A stretch of 40,000 bases of DNA. Source: [Scytonema hofmanni] UTEX 2349. GTDB taxonomy: Bacteria > Cyanobacteriota > Cyanobacteriia > Cyanobacteriales > Nostocaceae. This document shows, piece after piece, positions 20,301 through 27,900 of the stretch; the stretch's first letter is position 1, and each line of letters begins with the position of its first letter. Location: the NCBI RefSeq assembly GCF_000582685.1, contig NZ_KK073768.1, positions 2,308,074 to 2,348,073 on the forward strand. The letters run 5' to 3'. The position numbers and the translations under genes were made by a program. Below the pieces are notes generated by a model. The model worked only from the letters and a program-made list of their open reading frames with translations, did not search any database and was not told the DNA's origin.

Positions 20301-21068
20301 GATTGGGTATACTACACAGGTGATAATGGGCGCTATCGTCCCGATGGATCAATTGAAGTTTTAGGACGTTTAGATAATCAAATTAAAATTCGGGGAGTTC
20401 GTGTTCAAACAGGAGAAATTGAAGCCATCTTAAACCAACATCCAGCCGTTAGCAAAGGGGTTATAATTGCTAAACAAAAGAGTTCTGGAGACTATGATCT
20501 TGTTGCTTATACAGTTTTGAAATCAGGACAAACCGTAACAAATCAAGAGTTACGACAATTCCTCAAAAAGCAACTGCCAGAATACATGATTCCTTTCTCT
20601 TTTGTGCAGTTGGATAGTTTACCTTTAACTGCTACAGGTAAAGTAAATCGTCAATTATTACCCGAACCCCATCACAACATCGAGCCAATTTCTGAACACA
20701 GAAAACCCCGCACACCCATAGAAGTTAAAATTGTAGAAATTATTGCTCAAGTTCTAAAATTAGAGCAAATAGGTATTGATGATAATTTCTTTGAATTAGG
20801 AGGACATTCTTTATTAGCTGCTCAAGTTATTTCACGACTACAACAAGAATTTCAAGTAAAGATTCCCCTGAAATCTTTGTTTGAAATGCCTACTCCTGCT
20901 CAACTAGCAACCCTGATTGAAAAGCTCCAGTCAGATACTAATGCTGCCTTAGTAGCTCCTAAAATCACCAAAGTTTCTCGAAAACGTTATCAAGCCAAAG
21001 TTTCTGATACGGGAAAAATAGAAGTTCCCGAAGAATTAAAACAAGAAATATTCAAATCTAATGAATAA
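8358..21068 (+). CDS. Hybrid PKS-NRPS: KS-AT-ACP-LLM-KR(Y->H)-C-A-T-C-A-T (PKS module 2 plus NRPS modules 1-2)
   Basis: 4236 aa. The ATG at 8358 overlaps the upstream TAA by 1 nt (TAATG). Motifs in order: DTACSSSL; GHSVGE and SHAFHS; VEMGADSIVF; MQFSLYYFGS..PERHF..GRVGISFASGW; TGGLGALG..GQSNHAAANAF; HHIISDGWS; LAYIIFTSGSTGQPKGV..NHYGPSE..GELYIGG..YKTGDLARY; FFELGGHSLLATQV; HHIVSDGWS; AYIFFTSGSTGTPKGV..NLYGATE; FFELGGHSLLAAQV. Confidence 0.9.
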   Translation: MSGESNNVQNLSSLQRSVLLIEKLEAKIKRLESARTEPIAIIGMSCRFPGGADNPQQFWKILHSGIDAVTEVPANRWNIADYYDENPHTPGKFYTKSGGFLSDVDQFDPLFFGISAREAVNIDPQHRLLLEVTWEALENAGCIPQRNQGSPTGVFVGITLNDYGSIAKQTRSDVSQEAYGVTGSPSYAAAGRISYTFGFTGPCMAIDTACSSSLVAIHQACQSLRQQECQMAIAGGVNLILLPDSMIATAKAGMLSSDGRCKTFDATADGIGRGEGCGILVLKRLSDAQANGDNILAVIRGSGVNQDGPSSGFTVPNCASQQQVMRQALKMAQIEPAEVSYVEAHGTGTPLGDPIELRSLAKIYGSHRTHDNPLFVGSAKTNISHVETAAGVAGVIKVILQLQHQQIAPHLHLKNPTNHFNWEDFPLVVPTQITPWRVQSGSRIGVVNSFGATGTNAHIVLAEARTPLKPENSGLLERSLHLLTLSTKTEPALKDLVTLYQNWFKQNTDLKIADICYSANTGRSHFKHRLALLVAEPQELAAKLQNLTISLSQEQNTEESSSIAGMFQGQLAANSSVPNVAFLFTGQGSQYIDMGRELYQTQPLFRRILEQCDQILRSELEKPLLEILYPQNTNQSPFSLIDQTNYTQPALFALEYALAQLWISWGIKPAVVMGHSVGEYVAACIAGVFSLEDGLKLIAARGRLMQSLPQNGAMLAVFADAKRVAEIIAPYQNRVALAKPAVGIAAYNGAQNIVISGENQAIAAIKTTLEAEGIESRPLNTSHAFHSPLVDPILEQLEQIANQIEIHPPRIPIVSNLTGETLSINQPLNGKYWRQHSREAVKFTTGLATLVEKGYETFLEIGAKPALSKMGQRCKLGDNLLWLSSLVAGQSNWATLFNSLAQLYVRGAEVNWSGFDQDYPRQRFILPNYPFQRQRYWLKIPNADMSSQKAIATAPMNGEVPEPIPEPKPHTSASSKQEQIIKLLQSLIAEALQTSPDTVDIHTPLVEMGADSIVFMKTGQQLELDFGVRIPIRRLFEDLSTLNALGTYIGENLPAEFKFTDNFTDNQPVSPPVTSESPDPQTENKAVESALSQIPPTAEPVGTTALERIMSQQLQTMSQLMSEQLAVLRGETTTTPPQFIPNQNPVNSPQTTIKNTKRQEFWERREYKPTLSDIQDQAANFPLTVPTNKEMQFSLYYFGSYDAEFTQDKYSLLFGGVEYADQNGFTSVWLPERHFHAFGGFSPNPSILCASLAKVTKNIQLRAGSVVLPLHHPVRVAEDWAIIDNISQGRVGISFASGWHPHDFVFAPEAYDDRREIMFEGIETVQKLWRGESIQLLSGSGNMAEIRTFPMPQQKELPVWVTIVNNPDTYMRAGAMGIGVLTNLMGQTVEDLARNIAIYRESLARHGFDPHVGRVTLLLHTYIGTDIQQVREKARKPFQNYLTSSIGLFQSLVKSQGLQMADFEKMSEDDKDYILSAAYDRYVQTSALIGTPDSCIEIVEKLLTIGVDEIACLIDFGVEEEAVLASLPHVKTLKERINKVKTDDWFYRLDWQQQPRDLPLQPSPKSGHWLIFADVQGVGTALAQQLQVDGQTCTLIYPQGSSISLPNGALEIDPTDPKAFNQLLQNQLTASELPLSGVIYLWSLNSPLSQQLTVDLLQQTQQTVCGGVLHLVQALDQQPELKNACSQMWLITQQAVASDNTAPTGIAQASLWGFGRVIALEYPELWGGLIDIDRDNTTAQVEQIWLEIRAQLGKKSQAEDQVLLHQEKRYVARLVRQTVGNSDINNSSVNLDLKGTYLITGGLGALGIRLAQWLVDRGVHHLVLCGRSAPAAKIQKTITQLQQQGIQVIVAQVDISKFNDLSELLQQIQGKNQDNCPPLQGIFHLAGLLDDGALFQQTWKRFDAVFAPKILGTWNLHVLTQELPLKHFVLFSSIASLLGSPGQSNHAAANAFIDALAHYRQANGLPAVSINWGSWTEIGKVTRLEGSQQQRWQEYFDKLWRSYGMEAIAPKAGLHALEQLLNQPPVQVGVFPIDWSKFCESLGVEQKPLLLYLTQPETTSTSTSPIRIPLSEAQKQLWLLAQIVEEGSIVYNDNVNLELCGDLHLEILKESIHTVVERQEALRTIIDPQGEWQEILPTLKVDIPLVDLSSTKDEQEQCLQDWLIQRSQKPLNLTTDPLFQVEVLKLGQQHHVLVITVHHIISDGWSIENILKEIALIYSALCEGADVKLDTPLQFREFLHWQTNRSQSSEMLSHESFWLEQFADSIPVLELPTDRTRPLRKTYHGNRQTRITPPHLREQLRQFSQGQGCTLFMTLLAAHFVLLHRLSRQAEIVVGIPTAGRFLASSETMVGYATHLLPIRSCFQANLSFSAYLAEIRSRLLAAYEHQDYPFAQLLKQLNLKTDSSRTPLVSVTFNLEPPVPTVSLKNLDTAMMSRPVSFTHFDLHFVVIDMGDRLILEAKYNTDLFNDATIERWLGHFQTLLEEIITQPNQEIATLPLLTQLERQQLLIDWNSGLTQYSSAHLETECVYQRFEKQVSQNPDALAVVFAKQNLTYQELNTRANQLAVHLRNLNIPSAGRIVVYAERSLVALVAILGIWKAGGVYVPIDAANTPPQRLALLLEDIQPTALLTQTSYKSNLLASLSCPVVFLDKEGNDNSENQSPEILDPNFPQVTPDDLAYIIFTSGSTGQPKGVAIKHRHLAAYTTSMTQRLGLQSGMSFATVSTFAADLGYTAIFPTLCTGGTLHIITQETATDPQALATYFSQHQIDCLKIVPAHLNALLEGEKSSQVLPRHTLVLGGDTLAWELVGKIQTLAPQCRIFNHYGPSETTVGVLTFLIDDQHSPKSSATVPIGRPLPHVCVYILDQYQQPVPIGVPGELYIGGASVAPGYLNRAELTTEKFILNPYSTETGEGDRLYKTGDLARYLPDGNIEFLGRIDNQVKIRGYRLELGEVESVLNQHPGVQQAVVLAWEQEQTGEKRLVAYWVAVKTAGVSVSSQELRQFLQAKVPDYMIPSSLIRLENIPLTANGKIDRRALPLPEQDLSQEVDFIAPRTPTEQAIADIFATVLRLESVGINNNFFELGGHSLLATQVISRLRETFQIDLPLVSLFTSPTVAGIDLIIHQQMQQGIVKTAPPITAVPRTSNTQLPLSWSQERLWFIEQLEGANATYNMPAAVRLQGNLNISALEQALGEIAKRHEVLRTAFKSEDGKAVQVIFPEATLSLQTIDLQNLTSSEQENSVQKHIIEEAKTPFDLSQPALMRATLLQLNPQSYVILITMHHIVSDGWSVSIVVRELSTLYQAFAQNRPSPLPDRNIQYADFTIWQRQWLTGEVLQTQLNYWQNQLAGNLPILNLPLDYPLSAKQDYQGAQQNISIKPTLTKALKALSDQEGVTLFMTLFAAFNVLLSRHTGQEDIIIGSPIAGRNHLGSEDLVGFFINTLPLRTNLAENPSFQQLLKRVGEVTLGAYTYQDIPFEKLVEELRTERVLNRHPLFDVLFNFVNTPEAVLNMGDLTFERLPQPEPYSKFWLTFYIRQVGEALNIELVYRQSLFTSERMKALLEQFVVLLTQVVEHPHETIQSYSLLSPQTAALIPDPSLPLPEPDYELVTTSFINWAKQSPEQIAIRQNGKKWTYGELATAAENIAQVLMSQGLKQKDVVALWGERSFGLIAGVLGIFLAGGVLLIIDSNLPPQRQNLMLEQTQARYLISIGEPSQVAQVVEKQLKMIAVNPDTAATGEEMVKSDIALPTLAAKDPAYIFFTSGSTGTPKGVLGNHQGVAHFIHWQRQTFEIKAGDRIAQLIELSFDAILRDIFLPLTSGATLCLPDQYYIPGSPQILTWLDEEQISVFHTVPALAQSWLQNIPEKVTLSSLRWVFLSGEPLTQSLVQQWRQTFAQAGNIVNLYGATETTMVKCFYPVPPEIPAGVMPGGWSLPETQILILNSKNQLCGIGEIGEIVVRTPFRTLGYIKPIPSPFVLNPFRQDPQDWVYYTGDNGRYRPDGSIEVLGRLDNQIKIRGVRVQTGEIEAILNQHPAVSKGVIIAKQKSSGDYDLVAYTVLKSGQTVTNQELRQFLKKQLPEYMIPFSFVQLDSLPLTATGKVNRQLLPEPHHNIEPISEHRKPRTPIEVKIVEIIAQVLKLEQIGIDDNFFELGGHSLLAAQVISRLQQEFQVKIPLKSLFEMPTPAQLATLIEKLQSDTNAALVAPKITKVSRKRYQAKVSDTGKIEVPEELKQEIFKSNE
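8466..9747 (+). other. Domain: KS (PKS module 2)
   Basis: [23 protein letters not shown] has its Cys codon at 8985-8987. [14 protein letters not shown] is present. KTNISHVETAAG has Ser where Gly is usual, but the His is retained. Confidence 0.9.
10095..10975 (+). other. Domain: AT (module 2), malonyl-CoA type
   Basis: [18 protein letters not shown] has its Ser codon at 10383-10385. [10 protein letters not shown] carries the HAFH motif. The domain contains a short extra segment, ALAKPAVG, relative to AT1. Confidence 0.85.
10573..10587 (+). repeat. 15-nt GC-rich in-frame insertion that bisects a HIP1 octamer inside AT2
   Basis: The sequence reads GCGA-AGCCCGCCGTAGGCA-TCGC (10569-10591). Deleting the 15 nt restores both a perfect GCGATCGC and the reading frame. 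The paralogous AT1 lacks this segment (NQIAVAAYN versus NRVALAKPAVGIAAYN). Confidence 0.4.
11283..11515 (+). other. Domain: ACP (module 2), located upstream of LLM-2 and KR
   Basis: QEQIIKLLQSLIAEALQ..LVEMGADSIVFMK. The Ser codon is 11391-11393. This is the only carrier domain between AT2 and the first C domain. Confidence 0.8.
11928..12975 (+). other. Domain: luciferase-like monooxygenase LLM-2
   Basis: MQFSLYYFGSYD..FTSVWLPERHF..RAGSVVLPLHHP..GRVGISFASGWHPHDF..LLLHTYIG..ACLIDFG. Confidence 0.8.
12985..14470 (+). other. Domain: KR-like (module 2) with catalytic Tyr replaced by His
   Basis: WFYRLDWQQQP..GHWLIFAD marks the start. YLITGGLGALG, the LDD motif (HLAGLLDDG) and the Lys in APKILGTWNL are present. 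SPGQSNHAAANAF has His (CAT, 14193-14195) where the SDR catalytic Tyr of the consensus GQxNYAAAN belongs. Confidence 0.75.
14559..15880 (+). other. Domain: C (PKS-to-NRPS interface condensation domain)
   Basis: IPLSEAQKQLWLLAQI. HHIISDGWS has its codons from 14949. The domain follows KR directly with no intervening carrier domain. Confidence 0.85.
15930..17466 (+). other. Domain: A (NRPS module 1), hand-derived specificity code DLTKVGHVGK -> Asp
   Basis: Core motifs: LTYQELN, YIIFTSGSTGQPKGV, FAADLGYT, NHYGPSETTVG, GELYIGGASVAPGY, YKTGDLARY, GRIDNQVKIRGYRLELGE, ANGKIDR. The code was extracted by alignment to GrsA-PheA positions. It matches 9 of 10 positions of the Stachelhaus Asp code DLTKVGHIGK. 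Confidence 0.7.
17510..17720 (+). other. Domain: T/PCP (NRPS module 1)
   Basis: FFELGGHSLLATQV. The Ser codon is 17610-17612. Confidence 0.9.
17790..19120 (+). other. Domain: C (NRPS module 2)
   Basis: LPLSWSQERLWFIEQLEGANATYNMP. HHIVSDGWS has its codons from 18192. Confidence 0.9.
19180..20670 (+). other. Domain: A (NRPS module 2), atypical subfamily with hand-derived code DARHFSLMVK (substrate uncertain)
   Basis: AYIFFTSGSTGTPKGV, LSFDAILRDIF, FHTVPAL, FLSGEPL, NLYGATETTMV. Several core motifs deviate from consensus: GEIVVRTPFRTLGY, YYTGDNGRY and GRLDNQIKIRGVRVQTGEIE. TATGKVNR is also present. Confidence 0.6.
20710..20925 (+). other. Domain: T/PCP (NRPS module 2)
   Basis: FFELGGHSLLAAQV. 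The Ser codon is 20808-20810. A C-terminal tail of ~50 aa follows and may be a docking element. Confidence 0.9.
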
Positions 21069-21128
21069 TATAGATTTTAATTTACTTGAGAATCTTTTGA
21101 ATAAATTTAGTAAAATTGGCAGGAAAAT

Positions 21129-21869
21129 ATGTTAGGAATATTGGGAGGAATGGGACCATTAGCATCAGCAGAATTTGTCAAAACGATTTATGATTACAAT
21201 GTTTTTGGCAACAAGGAACAAGATGCACCAAGAGTAATCTTAAATTCTAATCCCACAATTCCAGATAGAACCAGTTTTCTGTTGAAAGGTGATTATGATT
21301 TATTGTTACTAAAATTAATAGAATCTGCCCAACAATTGGATGATTTACAGGTGTCTAAAATTATCATTTGTTGTGTCACATCCCATTATTTATTGCCCTA
21401 CTTTCCTCAGAAAATAAAAGAGAAAATAATTTCTTTAGTTGATGTTTGTTTGCAGGAAGTTTGGCATTCACAAAGCTGTCATCTGTTGCTGTGTACTAAT
21501 GGAACTCGGCAACTAAATGTATTCCAAACCAGTGATTTATGGGGCATGGCAGCAGATTATATTATTTTTCCTGATGAAAAAGAACAAATTGCTATCCACA
21601 ATATGATATATCAAATTAAGGTGAATAAACAGAGTTTTGATTCTGCTATCATTTTCTTGAACAATTTAATGAATAAGTATAATGTTAGTTATGTTATGTC
21701 TGGTTGTACAGAAATACATTTACTTAACCGATATATTCATTATCAAAAGTATAAAAATCAAGGAGATATCACCAATGATATTTTTTTAGATCCTTTAATG
21801 ATTGTTGCCACTAGATTAGAAAAATTTTTATGTGATAACGATATATTTTTTTCTCCTGTTTATTCCTAA
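21129..21869 (+). CDS. Aspartate/glutamate racemase family protein (McyF-like), embedded between the two NRPS genes
   Basis: 246 aa. The N-terminus MLGILGGMGPLASAEFVKTIYD is typical of the family. Both catalytic-Cys motifs are present: IIICCVTSHY (CNTAH-like) and MSGCTEIHLL (GCTE). An AGGAAAA motif sits just 5' of the ATG. The gene is visibly more AT-rich than its neighbours in the lines I sampled. Confidence 0.8.
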   Translation: MLGILGGMGPLASAEFVKTIYDYNVFGNKEQDAPRVILNSNPTIPDRTSFLLKGDYDLLLLKLIESAQQLDDLQVSKIIICCVTSHYLLPYFPQKIKEKIISLVDVCLQEVWHSQSCHLLLCTNGTRQLNVFQTSDLWGMAADYIIFPDEKEQIAIHNMIYQIKVNKQSFDSAIIFLNNLMNKYNVSYVMSGCTEIHLLNRYIHYQKYKNQGDITNDIFLDPLMIVATRLEKFLCDNDIFFSPVYS

Positions 21870-21965
21870 TTTAATATACAGCATCTTGGTACGTTACGGA
21901 CTAAAGTCCTAACAAACCCTACAGATACTATTCTCTGTTACCTTCTAGATATAACTGATAATAAT

Positions 21966-24900
21966 ATGCTTTTAAATTCACAAGAAACTTTTGTTTTCCC
22001 TTTGTCTTTTGCTCAAGAAAGATTGTGGTTTCTTAACCAACTAGAGGGAAGCAAGGCTACTTATAATATGTTTGCTGCCATTGGTTTAAATGGTAATTTG
22101 AATGTTCAGGTTTTAGAGCAAGCTTTAAATGAAATTGTCCAACGTCATGAGGTGTTGCGAACAAGTTTTCAGACTGTTGATGGGCAAGGGGTACAAATAA
22201 TTAATCCAGAGGTAAATTTTCAGTTACGCTGTGTTGATTTACAGAATTTATCTGATAATGAAAGAGAAATAACTGTTCAAGAATGGATTACAAAGGAAGC
22301 TAATACACCTTTTGATCTTTCCCAAGCTCCTCTGATGAGAGCTACACTTTTACAAACTGATATTCAAGAGTATTTTCTGTTGGTGACAATGCACCATATT
22401 ATCTCAGATGCTTGGTCTGTAGGTATTGTCATTAAAGAGATATCTGTGATATATAAAGCTTTGATTCAAGGTCAAGAACATACATTACCAGAGTTAGAAA
22501 TTCAATATGCAGATTTTGCCGAGTGGCAACGGGAATGGCTGCAAGGAGATCGATTAAATCAACAATTAATTTATTGGAAGAATTATTTAGCTGGTGTACC
22601 ACCTGTTTTAGAATTACCTACAGATTATCCACGTCCACCTGTGCAAACATTCCAAGGACAAAACCAGCGTTTTGAAATTGGGGCTGATTTAAGTGTAGCT
22701 CTGAAAAAATTGGCAAAGGAAAATGGCTGCACTTTATTTATGGTTTTGTTGGCTGCTTTTGCTACGTTGCTCTATCGTTACAGTGGTCAGGAAGATATTG
22801 TTGTTGGAACACCTGTAGGTAATCGTAGTCAGCCAGAATTAGAATCATTAATTGGCTTTTTTGTTAATACTTTGGTTGTAGATGCGAAGTTTGATCAAGA
22901 ATTAAATTTTACAGAAATTTTAGAACAAGTTAGACAAGGGGTTTTAGAAAATTATGCCCATCAAGATGTACCTTTTGAAAAAATTGTTGAAGAATTACAA
23001 CCAGAAAGGAATTTAAGCCATACCCCCATTTTTCAGGTGTGGTTTGTGTTGCAAAATACCCCGACTGAAACGTTGCAACTGCCAGATATCACTTTAACAC
23101 CCTTGCCTTTTGAGACTCAGGTAGCTAAGTTTGATTTGACTTTATCAATGTCAGAAACAAAATCAGGGTTAAGGGGAGTGTGGCAATATAGTACAGATTT
23201 ATTTGATGCTGCTACTATAGCGAGGATGGTAGAGCATTTTCAAGTTTTACTAGAGGCGATCGCATCCCATCCCCAAGAAAAAATTAACCTCTTACCACTG
23301 TTAACAGAAAAAGAACGACAAAAAATTTTAAATGAGTGGAATAATACAGCTATATCCTATCCCCAACATCTTTGCATTCATCAAATATTTGAAGAACAAG
23401 TAAAACTCACACCGGATGCTGTAGCTTTGGTATTTGGGGAAGAACAACTAACTTACCAACAGCTTAACAATCGCGCTAACCAACTGGCACACCATTTACA
23501 AAATATGGGTGTGGGTTCAGAAGTGTTAGTGGGATTATGTGTTAATCGTTCTTTTGATATGATTGTGGGTTTGTTAGCTATCCTCAAAGCAGGTGGCGCT
23601 TATGTTCCCCTAGATCCCAATTATCCAGAAGAACGTTTAGCATACATCATAGAAGATGCTGCGGTTTCTGTGTTATTGATTCAGGAATCGTTAGAAGAGA
23701 ACTTACCCCCATCCTATGCTTTAGTAGTTTATTTAGATCGTGATTGGGAAGAAATAGCTACCCAAAGTTGTGAAAATATTATATCTGAGGTTCAATCCCA
23801 TAACTTAGCTTATGTAATTTATACCTCTGGGTCTACTGGTCAACCCAAGGGTGTGTTAGTCACTCATCAGGGTATTGGCAATCTTGCCCTAGCACAACAA
23901 AAATTATTTAAAGTAGAAAATAACAGTCGAGTCCTTCAGTTTGCCTCCTTTGGCTTTGATGCTTCCGTGTCCGAAATCTTCATGTCCTTGGTGTGTGGTG
24001 CGCGACTGGTGTTAGCACCTGCTCAAAAACTGATGCCTGGTTTAGATTTGCAACAGGCGATCGCTCATTACGGTATTACTCACGTTACCTTACCTCCTTC
24101 AGCCTTAGCCATTCTGCCACCAGGGCAAATGCCAACCTTAAAACAAGTCATCGTCGCTGGAGAAGCCTGTCCTGAGCCTCTAGCACGGATTTGGAGTAAG
24201 GATAGGCACTTTTTCAACGCCTATGGTCCGAGTGAAGCTACCGTTTGTGCCACCGTTGCTGAAGTTGATCTCAAACCAGAAACAGATACTAAATCTATAG
24301 TTGCCATTGGTAGCCCCATTGCTAACACGCAAATTTATATTCTTGACAACTCTCTCCAACCTGTGAGTGTGGGAGTCCCAGGAGAAATATATATTAGTGG
24401 TGTGGGTTTAGCTAGGGGATATTTAAACCAACCACAACTAACAGCAGCCAAGTTCATCGAAAATCCCTTTAGAGAAGGAAGATTATATAAAACCGGCGAC
24501 CTAGCCAGATATTTACCAAATGGCAACATTGAATTTTTAGGTCGCATTGATCGTCAAATAAAAATTCGCGGCTTTAGAATTGAACTAGGAGAAATAGAAG
24601 CACGGCTAAGTCAACATCCTCAAGTACAAGAAGCCACAGTTATCACTCGTGAAGACCCCTCTGGAAATCAAAGATTAGTAGCTTATTTGGTATCTAAAAA
24701 TCAAGACTTAACACCATCAGAACTGCGGCAGTTTCTCAAAGAAAGACTACCAGATTACATGGTTCCAAGTATCTTTGTCATGTTGGATGCGATGCCATTA
24801 ACACCAAATGGTAAAATTGACCATCGCAACCTGCCTTCACCTGAACAAGATTTAACAGAACAAAACAATTTTCTTGCGCCCCGAACACCAACAGAACAAA

Positions 24901-27900
24901 AAATTGCTGATATATTTGCGGCTGTTCTGAAAATAGAACAGGTGGGTATTTATAATAATTTCTTTGAACTGGGGGGACATTCTCTTTTAGCAACTCAAGT
25001 TATTTCTCGATTTAGAGAAGCTTTTGAAATTGAACTACCTTTAGAAACCCTATTTAAATCGCCAACTGTTGCTGAGTTGGATGTGATAATTCAGCAATGG
25101 TTACAAAATAATTCTGCCACAGATTCGCCTTTAACTCAGCCTTTACCTGCTGTCGTTGCCGTGCCACGGGAAGATAATACTGTTTTACCTCTGAGTTGGG
25201 GACAAGAAAGATTATGGTTTTTAGACCAGTTAGAAGGAAGCAGTGCAGCTTACAATATTTCTATGGCAGTTCAGCTACAAGGGAAGCTGAATGTTGATGC
25301 TTTAGAACAGGCATTTAAAGAAATTGTGCAGCGTCATCAAGTGCTAAGAACTCGTTTTGATACTGTTGATGGCAATCCTGTACAAGTAATTGAAACAAAA
25401 TCAAAATTTAACTTATTCCGGGATAATCTGCAATTAATTTCTACTGATAAATTAGAGGTTGAGGTCAAAAAACGACTGACTCAAGAAGCTCAAAAACCCT
25501 TTGATTTAACCCATTCTCCTTTAATTCGGGCGACACTGCTACAAATCGCCGATAATGACTATATTCTCCTTGTCACCATGCACCACATCATTGCTGATGG
25601 CTGGTCTGTGAGAGTGATGGTGCAAGAGCTATCTGTACTTTATGATGCCTTTGTCCAAGGTTTGCCTTCTTTTTTACCACCTCTAGCTATCCAGTACGCA
25701 GATTTTGTTCACTGGCAACGTCAATGGTTACAAGGTGAGATTTTAGAACGGCAGCTATCGTACTGGAAAACATACCTATTGGGCGCACCACCGTTACTAG
25801 AGTTGCCTACTGATTATCCACGTCCTGGGGTGCAGACATTTAGAGGCGCACAGCAATCTTTTACTCTGTCTACTGAGTTGATTTCCCAACTGCAACAACT
25901 TACTCAGTCCACAGATACAACTTTGTTCATGTTGCTGTGTAGCGCGTTCTTGGTGTTACTTCATCGCTACAGTAGTCAGGATGATATCGTTTTGGGTACT
26001 GTAATGGCTAATCGCAATCGAACTGAGATTGAGCCTTTAATTGGTTTATTTGTAAATACTTTAGTGTTACGAACTCAGTTTGAGGCAGATTGTACTTTTG
26101 TGGATATCCTCAAGCAAGTACAGCAAGGATTACTGACGGGATACACAAATCAAGATGTACCTTTTGAGAAGATTGTGGAAGTATTGCAGCCGGAACGCAA
26201 TCTTAGTCATTCTCCACTGTTCCAGGTGATGTTTTCCTTGCAAAATGCTTCTAGTGCTTCTTTGAGTTTGGCTGATGTGATTTCTACCCCTCTCAAGCCG
26301 GAAATTTTGACAGCTAAGTTTGATTTAACTTTGTCAATGGTAGAAACTGAGTCTGGAGTGTCGGGGGTTTGCGAGTATAACACTGATTTGTTTAAAGCAG
26401 AAACTATTACCCGGATGATTGCACATTACCAAGTATTGCTGACGGGAGTTGTGGCTAATGTGCAAGAGCGGATCAGCAAATTGCCCCTACTGACACCAGA
26501 GGAAGAGAAGCAGTTATTGGTAGCCTGGAATGATACACAGGTGAGTTATTCTCAGGATCATTGTCTGCATCAACAGTTTGAACAGCAAGTAGAAAAAACA
26601 CCCGATGCGATCGCTCTGGTTTTCCAAAACCAACAATTAACTTACCGAGAATTAAATCAACGAGCAAATCAGTTAGCAAATTATTTACAGCGTCAAGGTG
26701 TAAGTTCAGAAACGTTAGTAGGTATTTGTGTAGAGCGATCGCTAGAAATGATGATCGGGTTATTGGGTATCCTCAAAGCCGGTGCTGCATACATTCCTTT
26801 AGACCCCCATCACCCCCAAGAACGCCTAGCTTTTATCTTATCAGATACCCAAATGCCAATATTATTGACCCAGGAAAGGTTACAAACAAAGTTACCGACT
26901 CATGGCGCTAAGGTCATCTGTTTAGATACTAATTGGACTGATATCGCTCAGGAAAATCAAGCCAATCTGGGTATATCAGTCAAAGGTGAAAATTTAGCTT
27001 ATATTATCTACACCTCTGGTTCTACAGGTCAACCTAAAGGGGTGATGATTGAACATAGACAAGTGGCTAACTTTTTTGTAGGCATGGATCAGCGTCTTAA
27101 CGTAGAAGATGATTATGATACCACAAAAACATGGTTAGCTGTTACAACTATTTCCTTTGATATTTCGATTCTAGAATTATTCTGGACTCTGGCACGGGGC
27201 TTTAAGGTAATTATTCAACAGGAACAACAGAAAACCATTGCTGCTACAGTGCCAACTTCCCGGATGCCAGAAAAACAAATGCAGTTTAGTCTGTTCTATT
27301 TTGCCAATGAAAATAACACTGGTAATCATCAAGGGGAAAACCTGTATAAATTGTTGATTGAAGGGGCTAAGTTTGCCGATCAACATGGATTTACAGCAGT
27401 TTGGACTCCAGAACGGCATTTTCATGAATTTGGGGGAATTTATCCTAATCCTGCCGTAGCCAGTGCAGCGATCGCCGCAGTCACTAAACAGGTGCAAATC
27501 CGGGCTGGTAGCGTGGTTTTACCACTACATCAAGAAATTCGTGTGGCTGAAGAATGGGCTTTTGTTGATAATTTATCTAATGGTCGAGTGGGTGTTTCTT
27601 TTGCCAGTGGTTGGCAACCTAATGATTTTGTCCTATCCCCCGAAAATTATCACCGTCGTAAATCCCTACTGGTAGAACAAATAGAAACCGTCCGCAAACT
27701 TTGGCGCGGGGAATTTATCACCCTCAAAAATGGCAATGGCATTCCCACAGAAATTAGAACTTTCCCTAAACCAATTCAAGCAGAATTACCCACTTGGTTA
27801 ACCGCAGCAGGTAGTCCCGAAACCTTTCGGTTAGCAGGAGAGTTGGGTTTAAATGTTCTCACCCATCTTTTAGGACAAAGCATAGAAGAAATATCCGCGA

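Noticed and set aside
21893-21913. The bulged hairpin GTTA(C)GGAC-TAAA-GTCCTAAC after the racemase gene, considered as a possible terminator or dispersed repeat.
   Set aside because: It is short and bulged and has no U-tract. Its resemblance to Nostoc intergenic repeats is only a vague recollection, and copy number cannot be assessed from this window.
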